This document shows, one piece after another, positions 25,749 through 39,025 of a stretch of DNA of 64,000 nucleotides. The stretch's first letter is position 1, and every line of letters begins with the position of its first letter. The notes under the pieces were generated by a model. It saw nothing but the letters and a program-made list of their open reading frames with translations, was not told the DNA's origin and did not search any database. The stretch is from assembly GCA_026770705.1 (NCBI GenBank), contig JANJGN010000005.1, positions 187,488,001-187,552,000 on the forward strand, written 5' to 3'. Source of the stretch: Isurus oxyrinchus. Lineage: Eukaryota. The translations under genes and the position numbers were made by a program.

Positions 25749-26959
25749 ACTCCTCTAGTGTTTAGAGATTAACCCCAGCCAGTCAATGCAAATAAAGCAA
25801 CTATTTTCATGTGAGCATGGACATTATTATTCTATGTCCATTCCAACTCTTTGTTCTGAGGATTCAGTTGTACAGCAATCAGCAAAACAATGTGAGCTCT
25901 GCTATTTCTTAAATTGTGTTTCAAAAACAAATGTTATCATTAGCAATTTTTTAAAACAGAAATCCTTCTTTATGCATGCGCCTCTGGCCCAAGGGGCCAA
26001 ATGGCCTATCCCTGCTCTTATTTCATATGTTCACATGCATCTTTTAATCAACATTATCAAGATTTACTATTTATAGGGTGGTATTAGCACATAATTGTTG
26101 ATTTGCTAATTTTGTACTCCAATACTGCCCACAAACTAGTCCCTCTTTACTAAAATCCTTCAGATTAAAGGAAATATTTCTAGGGTAATGATCATTTGAG
26201 TTTATTTGCAACTTGAGCATTCTAACAATGTTGCGAAGTTATATTTATAGTATTCTGATAAATAGCAGATATGTAAATCCTTCCAATCAACTACATATTA
26301 TTTCTTTGTAAACTTGCAATATTTCCTGAATCATACTGCTCCACGTCCTGCTCACAATGACACACAGAAAGCTGCAAGGGACTAGAATGCGGTGCTTCAG
26401 AAACAGCAGCATGGGGAAAATAAATGCCTTGGTGTTGGGACAATCCATTTCCATCACTTTTTATCAACAAGGAGTGCTAGCGCTTGAGATCCTGATGAGA
26501 GCTGCAGCATATTGAGAGAGAGAGAGAAAAAAAAAATCAAACTTGTCCTACAATTCGGGAGCATAGGGCCATTGTTGCAAATATTCAGGCAAAACAAAAT
26601 AGAGATGAGTATGGCAAGACATTGTAAATAACAGCAAAATGGAAGAGCTGGGGTTGCAATTCAATCCAGATGTTCAAGTGATATGTATAAACGGTTGAAT
26701 TTTGCCCCGTAGTTTATAACGTCATGTGAACTTCCCAATTTGATTACAGGCCTGTAAGTTCCTCACTGCTGCCCTTCTATATGTGGTATTTCTACATTCT
26801 GAAGTATCAGGTTACAAAAGTGTTATGTTATATTCTAATATATGGAAAGAATATTTCAGAATTGATATGTTCTTACTATAGCATATTAAGCAAATAACTC
26901 ATTTTCTAGATTTTATACTTTTATCAAGGGTATACATTTATGAATCCTATGTGTTTTTT

Positions 26960-27178
26960 TAATGCAGTGAGTTATTATTATGCACTGCCAGAAAGGGTGG
27001 CAGAAGCAGATCTGATTGTAACTTTCAAGAATCAATTGGATAAATGCCTGAAAAGGAAAAAATTTGCAGAGCTACAGGAAAAGAATGGGGGAGTGAGACT
27101 AATTGGACAGCTCTTTCAAAGAGCTGGCACTGGCAGGATGGGCCGAATGGGCTCCTTCTGTGCTGCATGATTCTATGA
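26960..27178 (+). mobile_element. CR1 3' fragment
   Basis: ALPERVAEAD..TFKNQLDKCL; GGGCCGAATGGGCTCCTTCTGTGCTG tail. Confidence 0.8.
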
Positions 27179-28301
27179 AGTCTGAAATGGGGAACATTTG
27201 TTTGCAAAGCCATTGGTATATATTTCCAATAATAGGAGAGATTAAGAAAATGGCAGAGTGTTTTATAGCACTGTCACAGTCTGGTTGGCTGCTGGTTCCT
27301 ACTTATAAAAAGGCACATACTGAGCTCCAAATTTCTGTGGCTATTTGAGCAAATAGATAGTTCTCTTTCAGAAACTTGGAAGGTAACCTAAGCCATGCCA
27401 CTCTCACACAGCTCCTAGTTGTCAGTCACCAAATTATATCAGCGTAGACTTGGAGTATGCTGCATGTGCACCCTTCAGGCCAGGATATGATGTCTATGCA
27501 TGTGTGAGGGTGGGAGAAGGGTTGGGGGGGGGGGGGGGGGGGGAGCGCGGAATGGGGGGGAGGAGAAACATCTTTTTTTGAACAGGACAATTTAGCATTG
27601 TTTAATATACATTAACTGGAGATTGGTGGACAATGTATGTAATAACCAGACTATGCATAACAGCCGTGGCTTTGCTAGAACTGATTCTGTACTTGTTACA
27701 GTAACAACGTGCATTTATTTAGCACCTTCAATGTTGTAAAACATCCCAAGGTGCTTCACACAGGCGTTACCAGAAAAAATTTGACACCAGGGCCTGAATT
27801 TTATGTTAACGAGGTCGGGAGCATGCCTGACCCAAACACACGTGAAATTGCGCGAGGTGACATGGGGCGTGCGTCCCGATGTCATCGCACACGCAAGCAA
27901 TACTGAGGTTGGCGAGCGCGCAGGAGTTGGAACCGTGCCTGCCAACAATTAAAGGGCCAATTAAAAAAGCCAATTTACTCAATTTTACGTTGCCCATGCG
28001 ATTTTGCACTTGTCACACGGGCAAAATGGGCAGGCAGGCAGGCAGCCTGTTTTTAACGAATTGGCATCCGGGGGAGGGATAAAAAGGGTCTGGAGCATCG
28101 CCGTGGTGAGTGTTGCGGAGTTTAGCAAACAGCTTGCTGCTGGATGCTTGGTGAAGCTTGGCAGCTTTTTCTCTGTGTTGAGCTTCAGACTTTGCATTGC
28201 TAGCCTTCATTTCAGGATTCAAAGGTGTCGCCAAAGCCCCGGGAGGATTTTGTACCGTGTGGACCCTTCCAGTCACCAAACAGCCCTCTGTTACCCTGGT
28301 A

Positions 28302-29480
28302 ATGGGGATTGTGTACACTGGTGGTGCCTCCTCTGAGGAGGAAGAGAGGGGCAGAAGGGAGAGGAGGCCAGGGAGCGACCTGTGGGAGGAGAGGCGCAGG
28401 CAGGCACAAGGGGCGCAGGGTCAGCCGGGAGTCCAAAGCGTAAGGGGCCCTAGAAGACGCCATTATCCTGCTGCCAGAGTTTACAGGCAGCAATGTAGCT
28501 ACCTCAATATGTCAGCAGTGCTGAAAGAGGCTTTGCCTCTCCAGGGAGACCGTGACCTCAGTTTGTCAGATGATTGGGCCTGAGATCAGCTTCGACTGTA
28601 TGGGTGGACACCCCATGTCAGTGGCTCTGAAGGTCACAGGGGCCCCCAACCTCTCTGCCTCCGGCTCTTTCCAGTTGGGGATCTGTGTGGCGTGTCCCAA
28701 TCAGCTGTCCACAGTTGCATCAAACTGGTGACAGAAGCTCTGGTCAGGCGGTTACTGACTTTCATTTTCGGACAGGTGAGGCCAGCCAGGCTGAGCGAAC
28801 CAGAGGCTTCGCGGCCATTGCTGGGTTCCCCCGTGTCCAGGGTGCAATCGACTGCACACACGTGGCCATCAAGTTGCCAGCGGGTCAGCCGGGTGCCTTC
28901 GTCAACAGGAAGGGCTTCCACTCGATGAACGAGCCGGTAGTGTGTGACCACAAGGCACAGGTTCTGCAAGTCTGTGCAAGGTACCTTGGCAGCTCCCATG
29001 ACTCATACGTCCTCTGACATTCCCAGGTGCCAAGGCTCTTCAATGCTCCAGCCCTACTGGATGGATGGCTGCTGGGTGACAAGGGCTGTCCATTGGAAAG
29101 GTGGCTTATGACACCTCTCCGGTATCCAAGAGCAGAAGCAGGGCCGAGGTATAATAGGAGTCATACCTCCACAAGGGCGGTGATAGAGAGGGCCACAGCT
29201 TATCTGGAGATGCGCTTCTGATGCCTGGACCGTTCAGAGGGAGCACTACAATACCCCCCAGAGTGGGTGTCACTGATCATGGTTTCTAGCTGCGCTCTGC
29301 ACAATCTGGCTGTGGCAAGGGGGGACTCACTGGAGGAAGAGAATTTTGAAGCAGCTTCACAGGCCACAGAAGATGAATCCAATGGTGGGTCAGAAGAGGA
29401 GCCCGGGGAAGAACACAGTGAGGGTGTGGAGTCAGACCTCTGGAGCCTTCAGGGAGGCAGGGACACCAGGCTGCCAAGGC
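28302..29480 (+). pseudogene. HARBI1-like DDE transposase, disrupted by frameshifts and stops
   Basis: Motifs [68 protein letters not shown] and an acidic tail; in-frame TGA at ~29015 and ~29219; AATAAA at 29574. The 3' end is approximate. Confidence 0.92.
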
Positions 29481-29655
29481 ACTGCTTCTACCTCATGCCA
29501 GGGCTGCCTCCTCCTTACCGGATGTCTGAAATGACCCATTCCATTGAATCCAAAGCCCGCTCAGTAACTGTGCAATAAAGTTTAGAGCCGCTCACGTCCA
29601 GCATAACACACTGGCGTGCCCCACACCTACAAGGCAAGTGAAGCACACTCGGGCG

Positions 29656-29785
29656 GAGAGTCATACGGACTCGAATCGTTAACTCTGTTTCTCTCTCCAC
29701 AGATACTGTCAGACCTGCTGAGCTTCTCCAGCGTTTTCTGTTTTTGTTTCAGATTTCCAGCTTCCGCAGTATTTTATTTTTTATA
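29656..29785 (+). mobile_element. Penelope-derived terminal-repeat fragment inserted between the two Harbinger genes
   Basis: GAGTCATACGGACTCGAATCGTTAACTCTG...CAGACCTGCTGAG; same family as 33126 and 43544 but lacks CTGATGA. Confidence 0.75.
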
Positions 29786-29899
29786 AAATTTGTATAATGT
29801 TGACACTCACAGAAAATGAACAGAACAATGTAAGTTGTTAATGGTCACACCAGTGAAAAAAACAGTTAACAAAACATGACAGAACAGAAGATCACCCGT

Positions 29900-31784
29900 G
29901 AACAGTGCTTCAAATATACATTTGTGAGTGCTGTGTTATGTTACCCTGCTTTCCCCTCCCTCCTCTCTGGCACTGGCATTGGAGACAGCTGCTGACTCTG
30001 CTGTCCTGTCGGCCTTGATGACCTTGGTGGTCATCCTCTGGCCAGCGGAGCCTGTGCTGGCCCCGCCCAGGAGGGAGTGTCCAGCGCCACATCTGGGGAC
30101 TCCTCAGTAATGGTGCCTCATCAGATACCTCACTCACTGGCAGAGGGGCGGAGGAACTGCCCCCATCATCCAGAGCACCCTGAGAGGTGCCCGCAGAGAC
30201 GACAAGCAGCTCGTGCACCAACGTGAGGTCGGTCTGGACCTCCCTGCTCACCATTGATGGACGGGCACCTGGCAGAGATGCTGGGTGCCTCATCCATCTC
30301 TCACATTGGCATTGACCTCCAGAGGTCATTTTCTGTGCAAGAGCTTGCAGGTCTGCGCACAACCCCTGGAACCCCTGATTCTGTTCCTGGAGCTGCATCT
30401 CCGTGAGATTCGCCACTCCCTCAAAGGAGGAGGCAGTGCGCTCAGTGCTGAGAGTCATCACATTATTCATTCTCCACATGGACTTCTTCATGACAGAGAC
30501 TCCGGCACGCAAACCTTGAGGATTCCTTGCCAGATTGTCCCATGCATCCCACTGGACATCCAGCATTTGCTACCTAATGGATGACTCCAGGGGCTTGTCA
30601 TCTGCCTCAGACTCAGCATTGTCCTGGTCTCCAGCAGTCCTCTGACTGCCGGCACCCTGGGAACTCTCCGCCTCTGCCTGCTCTTCATGTGGGAGTACTC
30701 GTGCCCTCACCATTATGCATCGACATTGTAGCCAATGGTCTAATGCCCACTGAGGCGCTTCTATCTGCGCTGGTGCCTGGTGCAGAGAGGGAGTTTGACA
30801 CAGGTCCATCTGATGGGCACTGGTCCTCTGGCATCAAGGGTGGTTCATCGGGGTCCTGCAATCGTTTGCTGGTTGGCGATTCTAGGGGAGAGAAACGAAA
30901 TTTCACTAGCATTAGTCTTCACACTGTCACTGTGAATGCTAGGCGGGCTGGTGAGACAATGGAGATCTCCATCATGGGGCCACCATCTTTCAATGAACAA
31001 TGGGGGCTCCAGTTTTGAGGTTTCCGTTACAGTTGAGAAAACACAACAATGTTTACACACTCCAACACTCTCACCTCTGTGCACTGTACTCTTACCTTCA
31101 TCAGAGATCCCAGCCTCTCCACGACCAGTGACTGAGCTGGGCACTGGCACTCCATCTCTAAGTCATCTATCTCATTTCTCATCAATATGAGCAGGTTTGG
31201 GGGTGGGGGGGTGGGGTCTCCACCTGTCCTTGACCTCTCAATGTTGTTATGGCTACTCTTCTCCTTAAAGGACATGGGAGCATTGATTAGTCCACTCTCT
31301 ACCTGCAGCATCACTGCAGCCTGGCCAACCCCGCCTGAGAAACACCTCGCAGGGCACATCCGAGTCGTGGCCCTCAACCCGTAAAGCAATCAGGCCAAGC
31401 AGCCAGAGCTCACCGCCTTGGCTGGCGCTTGACACTCAGACTTGTACACCCCCTGAGCACCATGGGGGGACAGCCAGCCGTTAACACGGCTCCACACTGA
31501 TCCATGCCAACTCGGTACTCACCCTTGCCGAGTGCAGCAGATTGTTGAACCTTTTGCCACACTGCACTCAAGTGCGCCGCATAACATCCTGGCCTTGCAC
31601 CTGGGCTGCCACCTCTGGGTGGCCTCCTCTTGTCATCCCTGGGGATGCGAATGTTCCGCCTGGCACTGACCTTCTCCACAAGGATTCCCAGACACTCATC
31701 CGAGCACCGGGGGGCAAGTGTCCACAGGACTTGCCCTCCCACCTGGCCTGCCCTGTCAAACAACTCCAAAGCTACATGTCCCCT
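29900..31784 (-). pseudogene. Harbinger Myb/SANT-like DNA-binding gene, 3 exons (~31784-31523, 31263-31096, 30881-~29900), disrupted
   Basis: PRCSDECLGILVEKV...RRT-VQCGKRFNNL trihelix motif, exon 2 EKSSHNNIERSRTGG, GT-AG junctions at the stated positions, colinear with the second copy at 53539-57136. Confidence 0.85.
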
Positions 31785-33125
31785 GGCAGCATTCAGGGCA
31801 CTGCCTCTGCTGCTTTTAAATCCCCCACTGGGTAGCCCTTGGACCTGCACTCAACAGGCTCCCGCCCTTAACTGGTCACCCAGTGTGAAATCGTGTGGGG
31901 AACACAATCTCGCCCGGGAACGGATTACACGTCTGCTTTGGGCCCACCAACTTGGCACACATGCCAAGCGTGAGATTCCGGCCCAGGTGTCAAGGAGATA
32001 GTAAGGCGATATTAAGGCATGTGACCAAAAGCTTGGTCAAGGTGGGAGGTTTTAAGGAGTCTTAAAGGAGGAGAGAGAGGCCAAAGTGTTTATGAATTTG
32101 TACTTTTGGTTTGTATTTGCATGGACTTAATGTTACATTAAATACTTTACTGTAATTTCCCTTTGGAGTTTTTTTACTATTGGTAATATATCTATGCAGT
32201 TTGTTTTTCTTACTATTACCAATTTGCATAGTAAATGTTATTGCCATTATTGAATCATTTATGTGAATCTGAATAAATGTGGTACATTTTCAACTTTGAA
32301 ATTATGAAAATATATAATCTTATTAAACAAAAAAAACGATTCATATCCATGCATCAGAAATGACAGAAAAAAAGAATTGATTTTATACTTCTTCAAATGG
32401 CGCATGGAGAATATTGAGTTAAGGATTGGCTCACATCTCAATGGCATGACCTGCCAACAGATTTTTAATGCAATGTGGAAAAAAAACAAATAATGCTTGA
32501 GTTTCCTAATCTGAAGTTTTATTTGTTTTTTTTTTGAGGAGCACTAGTTATGGGTTGTCTGTTCAGAATTTAAAATGTACACTGTGGGCAGGATGAATAA
32601 TAAGGTGGTCCAGATTCAACCCACAGTCCTTATGTTACACAGTTCCATTGAAGAGCCTAGTGGTTGATGAATAATGAGGTGTTAAATGGACCTATTTAGA
32701 CAAACAATTATCAGATTGGTATTTGAAAAGGTGAAAACAAGGCCATTAATCTGTTATTTAAATGTACATTATGTACAAGTAAGCATTACATGATAGACTG
32801 GTATTAAAATTATTCTGAATATATACATTTAACAGAAAACTCCTATAGCAATGGATGAAGTGAAAATATGGCTTTCAAGCGACAAATGTTTAATTAAGAT
32901 AACAACAATGCCATGCATTTATAGAGCAACTATAACATGGAAAAACGTCCCAACTTGCTTCTCGGAGGTGTTAAGAAAATGGATGATGAGCCAAAAACAG
33001 GGCTAATACAAAATGTGAGGAAGAGCTTGGTCACAGAGGTGGATTTCGAAGGCACGGCCACCAATGATGGGGGGGAGGAAGCGTGGAGTTTCAGGAAGAG
33101 AGAAAATAAGGGAAGGAAGTTGTAG

Positions 33126-33224
33126 CAAAAACAAAAATAGCTGGAAAAACTCAGCGGGTCTGACTGCATCTGCGTAGAGGAACACAGTTAACGTTTCAAG
33201 TCCATATGACTCTTCATCAGAACT
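33126..33224 (-). mobile_element. ~100-bp Penelope-derived mini-element carrying a hammerhead motif
   Basis: Flanked by GGAAGTTGTAG (33115-33125) and GGGAGTTGTAG (33225-33235); inserted in an L2 fragment; same ends as the copy at 43544. Confidence 0.8.
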
Positions 33225-33225
33225 G
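33185..33225 (-). ncRNA. Minimal type I hammerhead ribozyme motif
   Basis: CAGTT-CTGATGA-A-GAGTC-ATATG-GACTT-GAA-ACGT-T-AACTG: stem I CAGTT/AACTG, core CUGAUGA and GAAA, stem II GAGTC/GACTT, palindromic stem III ACGT. Confidence 0.7.
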
Positions 33226-33804
33226 GGAGTTGTAGACCTTGAGGAGGAAACAGAGACCAGTGTGGGGAGAGCTCATGGAAGGATTTAAATATAAAACTGA
33301 GAATTGTACATTTGAGGAATTGGGGAATCAACATACATTAGCAAGATGAGTGTGATTTAAAGCATGATAGGATATAGGCAGCAAAAGCGTATGGGTGGCA
33401 GAGGTTGGGAGGTCAGCCAGGATGGACTGGGATAATGGATTCCAGAGGCTCAACGGCAGATGGGCTGAGACAGGGATAGCAGCAGCTGATGTTGCCAAGG
33501 TAGAAATGGGTTGCCTGTCTGGCTTGAAGTTTAACTGAACACTGAGGTGGTGAGCAATCTGGTTCACTCCTGAGACAATGGGTAAGGAGGGGGATGAAAT
33601 TAGAAACATGGGTGCAGAGGGATAATGAGACCACTGACCTAAAGTTTGGCCAAAGAGGTAGGTTTTCAGGAGCATCTTGCAGGAGGAGAGAGGGTTAGGT
33701 TCACACCAAGATGTTCTTATTTCACAGATTTGTGCTTTTTATTTTTGTATTTGCATGGACTTGACTTTATTGCTAGAAAACCACGATGAAGAGAAACTAA
33801 GAAC

Positions 33805-33910
33805 ATTAGAAATAAAACCAGAAAGGGCTGAAAATATTCAGCGGGTCTGGCAACATCTGTGGACAGAGAAACAGAGTTAACATTTCAAGTCATGACCCTT
33901 CAATAGAACT
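33805..33910 (-). mobile_element. Degenerate Penelope-derived terminal-repeat fragment
   Basis: CAGCGGGTCTGGCAACATCTGTGGACAGAGAAACAGAGTTAACATTTC...GACCCTTCAATAGAACT. Confidence 0.7.
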
Positions 33911-33945
33911 CAACCCAGGAAAATTAGAAGCTGTATGATACCCAG

Positions 33946-34062
33946 GGGCGGAATTTTACACTGGTGGGATGTTACAATGCTGCTGAAGTCAGTGGACTTT
34001 TGAATGGCTCACCACATTTTACTCCCCCTCCCCTGACGCAATGGGGCCATAAAATTCCATCC
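33946..34062. mobile_element. 117-bp Harbinger-type MITE
   Basis: TIRs GGGCGGAATTTTA and (rc) GGATGGAATTTTA with CAG on both flanks (33943-33945, 34063-34065). Confidence 0.8.
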
Positions 34063-34619
34063 CAGGAGTGTATTTATTTATACATGTACGGTGCAGAGAA
34101 TTTACCAAGCCAACAACTGTTATGAGACAAAGATGAACCATTGCCAGTGTGGTAAAAACCCTGATATACACATGATGCCAATTAATCAGGAAGGGAACAT
34201 GTAGAACATGCCTCCTAATATTATATTGTTTTGCTCTTGATTGGCACTTAACGAGGCCTGAACAAGCAAAGCACTTTTTGGTAACTTTTTCTAGTTTTCA
34301 GTAAACACATCACAGTAATCCTCAAAGTAACATTAGATACAGATGACTATCCATTAATACTTTTCACTGGCATTGATGCATATTTATCCTTTCACTAAGA
34401 TTATCAAACAACATGAAAATATGGCCTAAGACCACTTTTAAAAATACCAACTGATTTACTAATAAATTTTGAATAATAAACAATTTCTGTAGATCAGTAT
34501 TTGCCCTAAACTTGTTTACTTTGCAACAGTTGATGAGTATTAACGACTATAAATTACACTAGCACTGGGCAGAATACAGTTACAGAAAGCACAATGCAAC
34601 AAGGGTTTGCAAAGCAACA

Positions 34620-34850
34620 CTCAGAACAAGGGGCAGGTCATTTAAGACTGAGAGGAGGAAGTTCTTCACTCGGAAGACGTTGAATCTTTGGAATTGTCTA
34701 CCCCAGAGGGCTGTGGAAGCTCAATCATTGAGCTTGTTCAAGACAGATAGCAATAGATTTCTGGAGATAGTGCAGGAAAGTGATGTCAAGGTAGAGGATC
34801 AGCCATGGTCAAATTGAATGGTGGAATGGCCTACTCCTGTTCCTATATGT
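34620..34850 (+). mobile_element. CR1 3' fragment
   Basis: TTTAAGACTGAGAGGAGGAAGTTCTTCACTC..AATCTTTGGAATTGTCTACCCCAGAGGGCTGTGGA. Confidence 0.75.
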
Positions 34851-36309
34851 CTCTAGACGTATGCTATTAACTAATCCAAACCTGATATCACACTTAATAG
34901 TGATGAAATGGGTTTTCTATGCCTTCTTTAAAACATTCATATAATTAACCCCAAAGCAATGGGTGCTGCAATGGTTTAGTATAATGTCCAAGTTCGTCCA
35001 GCACCTCCCTTCTCTGTTGGTTACAAGGTGGCCTATATTGGCTTGTGTTCTGCCAATAACATTGATTCTTAAATATCCTTTTGTTTTCAAATCCTCCCAT
35101 TGCCTCACCCTCCCCTCTCTCTGTAACCTCCCCCAGCCCTAAAAACCTTTTAGATATCTGTGCTCTGTGATGTTCCACTGCATTAGAAGTACTATGTAAA
35201 TGCAGGTTCTTGTAGTGTTAGGCTCAATGAGTTTGAGCAGCTGTATCTAGTTCCTCTGTGGCACGGACAAAACTGGCATTAATTTGGTAATCTCGGAGTG
35301 TTCACAAGGACAGCTGGTGTGCAAAAGGAAAAGCAAAGTTATTGCTGTATAAGATGGGGTACCCTTCTCACTGTTGGAATTAAGGCACATTTTTGAGGCA
35401 GGGTAGACGGAGCTTTGTCTGCAGCTGATCTGATGTTGATGTTGACTTCAGTGCCTCTTCCTAGTGCTGACTCCTTCATAGGCATAAAAAAAATCACTAA
35501 TTTTGTTCAACTTTTGATTCTGCGCCAGGGAGAACTATAAATTTTGGGAATGGCACCATGGAGTGAGCTTTATTCTCAAGATAACTTGTTCCTGCTAATG
35601 ATAGCTCGTAACTCCCATAGTCATTATTTGGACTCTATGTGGGATAAAACTGAGGTGCTCACCACAGGAGTTATGCGGTGTACGCACTCTTTGCAATTTT
35701 TTGAGACTTATTAATGTTTCAGTCAGTTCATACTTATATCAACTGCATCTGCATAAGAAATATTGCATTCAGTTCCGGCAACCTGGGAAAATTATGCTCC
35801 AAATGGGAACACATGGATCTTGTTGGAACACAATTATGGGTGAACTGGGTTTAAACTATGAGCTGCCAAATCCCAAAGTGGGAGCAACAGCTGTTCTTTT
35901 TTTAAAAGAAAAAATCACAGTTGCCAAATTCCCACCTTTTTTCTCCCTCGTCTTGGCTCTCCCACTTGACTTTTGTCCAAGGTCACTGTTACCATATGAC
36001 CTCTTTCATTTGGGAGTATGACGCACACCAAGTCAATGGACTCCTCTGTAACTGATGCCAGTGCCCATGTGTGGTCAACTGACTGGTAACATGGGCACAA
36101 CAGGCCAGAGATGCATACTGTTGTTCATCTTCACCTTCTCCCAGCCATGAAGGCTTCACTGAGGAGGACTGATTTCCAGCTTGTTGGAGAACTGGTGAAA
36201 CGTACTCAAGTCAGAGCATACAAGCTTGTATGACTGGTGCCAGCATAATTCGTAGGGAAATAACATCTTAATTTACAGCTTGTGGCTTTTCGTAGTAAAT
36301 TGATCAAGG

Positions 36310-36535
36310 AAAGAAAACTTTCATTTCCTTCACGCTTTTCATGACCTCAGATCATCCCAACGTGCTTTACAGCCAATGGAGTACTTCTGAAGTATAGTCA
36401 CCACTCTAATGTAGGAAAGTCAACTTGCACACAGCAAGCTCCCACAGACAGCAATGTGATAACGACCAGGTCATCTGTTTTTAGATGTTGGTTGAGAGAT
36501 AATATTGGCCATATCACTGGGGTGAACTCCCAGGC
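36310..36535 (-). mobile_element. Deu-domain SINE 3' part
   Basis: GCTTTACAGCCAATG..TGCACACAGCAAGCTCCCACAGACAGCAATGTGAT. Confidence 0.75.
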
Positions 36536-36559
36536 ACATTTTTTCTGAAGTCATCCTCA

Positions 36560-36925
36560 AGATGTGGGAGTCACCAGCAAGGCCAGCATTTTACCCATCC
36601 CTTATTGCCCTTGAGTAGGCGGTAGTGAACCGTTCCTCCATGCGAATTATAACTTTTTGTATATTTTTTGATACAACTGAGTGATTTGCTAGGCTGTTCC
36701 AGAGGGCAGTCAAGAGTCAACAACATTGCTGTGGTTCTGGAGTCATATGTAGGCCAGACCGGGTAAGGATGGCAGATTTCATTTCCTGAAGGACATTAGT
36801 GAACCAGATGGGTTTCTGCAACAATTCAGTAGTTTCATGGTGATCATTACTGATGCTAGCATTTTATCCTTTTCTTAATTTCAGATTTATTTAATTAAGT
36901 GAATTTAAATTCCCCACTGGTCCAG
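36560..36925 (-). mobile_element. Second tRNA-SINE family copy
   Basis: GAGTCATATGTAGGCCAGACCGGGTAAGGATGGCAGATTTC..ATTAGTGAACCAGATGGG. Confidence 0.75.
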
Positions 36926-37604
36926 TAAGATATCCGATTTCTTATCATAGTCTCAATTACTCTATGTAGGTCATAGAGAGGGATCATCAAGGGAGATCCG
37001 GGATCTTCAACATCCTGATTTGAAGTAATGGCTGGAGAAGAGTGTTAAATGTGGCTACACAAAACACGGAGGAAACAGACATTGAGCATTTTTCTCCATT
37101 CCTTATGGCTGAGTACAGTGTTGTATTGTTACGTAAATGTTTATGAGGCCTAATGGAAATGGGAAAGTATGGTGTATGTGGGATATCACTAGCTTGTAGA
37201 TTGTCTTGTGGTTTATCACAGGACTTTATTAAGGCCAGTTATATTTCAGTCCATAGCCCAAGGATACCATGAAAGATTTCATTTGATGATAAATCGTATT
37301 AAAATAGGCGTATAAGAAAATCTCTTTTGTCAGACTTACAAAGGAAGTTGTGTATTTGAAAAGTGTAAATCAATTTAGTACCCTCCAACTTTATAAAACA
37401 GTAACAAATACTTGCAAAACTGCATCTGAAAGATGACGTTATAATTAACTGATCTTGTGATGTTTGGTTGCCTATTTTTCAGAGGCGGTGAAACATATTA
37501 TTGTAGTTCAAATAATTAAGAAAATGTCTAGTGATGTGTGTCAATGTAAATATAAAACAGTTTTTAATTAGTTACTTTTTCCTAGAAGTCAGTCTTCTCT
37601 CAAG

Positions 37605-38300
37605 AAGTACGAATGAAGATGGATATTCAGCCCCTTGATCTTGGGTTTTATTAGATCATGGTTGACCTGTTTCTTCATTCCATCTACTTTCCTTGCTTCT
37701 GTAACCCCTAACCCCCATGCTTAACAAAAATATGTCAATCTCAGTTTTCAAATTTTCAGTTGGCCCCCAGCTTTAATTTGGTTTTTGGGGGAGAGAGTTC
37801 CAAATTTACACTACACTTTATGCCAAGTGCTCCCTGATATCACATCTGAGTGGCCTGGCTCTCATTTTGATGAACCCCTTGTTCTGGACTCCCCCCACCC
37901 CCCACCAGAGGCAATTATTTCTCTCTATCTCCCCAATCAAATCCTTTAATCATCCTAAACACCCCAGTTATATCACTCCTTAACCTGTTATTCCTGTGGG
38001 AATACAAGCCTAGTCAGTGTAACCTGTGCTCACAATTTAACCCCTTTAGCCCCAGTACCATTGTTGTGAATCCGCGCTGCACCCACCCCCAATGTTATTC
38101 TATCCTTCCTGACGTGTGGAGCTCAGGGCTGAAATCAGCCACTCCAGATGGTGTCTAAGCAGAGCTTTATAAAAGTAGAATAACTTCCCACCCCTTTGTA
38201 TTCAAGCCCCTTGTGATAAAGGTCATATTCCATTTGCGATCCCTATTATTTTTGTACTTGTTCACTAGCTTTTAGTGATGACTGTACTTGGACTTCTGAA
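37605..38300 (-). mobile_element. Old CR1 fragment
   Basis: Reverse CR1 3' signature (ATTCAGCCCCTTGA, GAGAGTTCCAAATT, TGTGAATCCGCGCTGCACC). Confidence 0.7.
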
Positions 38301-38794
38301 AAGCTCTTCTCTGTGCTAATTACATGTTCATTATTAAGTTACCTGTGCATAACAGGTTTGAATAATCTAGGCTGTAAAGGGCTGAATCCACCTTCCATTG
38401 GTAGATTAATAGCGGAGCAGAATTTCTCTCTACTCATGTGAGTCCACAGCTAACCGACTCAAGTTTCTTGTGGCATGAAACAATTAAACCATTGCTTATG
38501 GACTTATCACCACAGCATGGAAGGGAATTTGAGTGTTTAAATGCTGCTGATTATTGGGGCACAGGCATTATTTTCTTTTTGGCATTAAGCAACTGCAGAA
38601 GGGAGGCACAACAGTAAGGAGAGATTCCCCATTTACTGATTTGGTGTTTGTCCTTTCAGTAGAAATAAGGTTCAGAAGAGAATGGATTTTGTGGAAGGAA
38701 TAACAATGATGTTGTCACCACTCTGAAATTCACACGCGCAGAGTTTAATTTAGAAATCCAGAGTTGCTGTTTCTGTTTTTGTATTTGTTATTCC

Positions 38795-39025
38795 CACTGG
38801 CTACACCAGCATATGTTGCCCATCCCTAATTGCCCTTGAGCAGGTGGTGGTGAGCTGCCTTTTTTAACCACTGCAGTCCATGGGATGTAAGTACACCCAC
38901 TGTGCGGTGAGGAAGGGACTTCCAGGATTTTGACCCAGTGACAGTGAAGGAACGGTGATATGTTTCCAAGTCAGGATGGTGTGTGGCTTGGAGGGGAACT
39001 TCCAGGTGGTGATCTTCTCATGCAG
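38795..39025 (-). mobile_element. LINE 3' end sharing its tail with the second SINE family
   Basis: TTGCCCATCCCTAATTGCCCTTGAG followed by LINE-like GAAGGGACTTCCAGGATTTTGACCCAG. Confidence 0.65.

Larger units (their letters stand above)
27791..31983. mobile_element. Full-length but decayed PIF/Harbinger DNA transposon (~4.2 kb)
   Basis: TIRs GGCCTGAATTTT and (rc) GGCCGGAATCTC; CAG target-site duplication at 27788-27790 and 31984-31986; convergent transposase and Myb/SANT genes. It interrupts an L2-type 3'-end fragment. Confidence 0.92.
32910..33700 (-). mobile_element. L2-type LINE 3' fragments
   Basis: TGCATTTATAGAGC, AGCTTGGTCACAGAGGT and AAAGAGGTAGGTTTTCAGGAGCATCTT motifs. Confidence 0.65.

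Noticed and set aside
28302-29480. Host HARBI1 gene
   Set aside because: Multiple stops and frameshifts, and it lies between TIRs with a TSD, so it is a transposon copy and not the domesticated gene.
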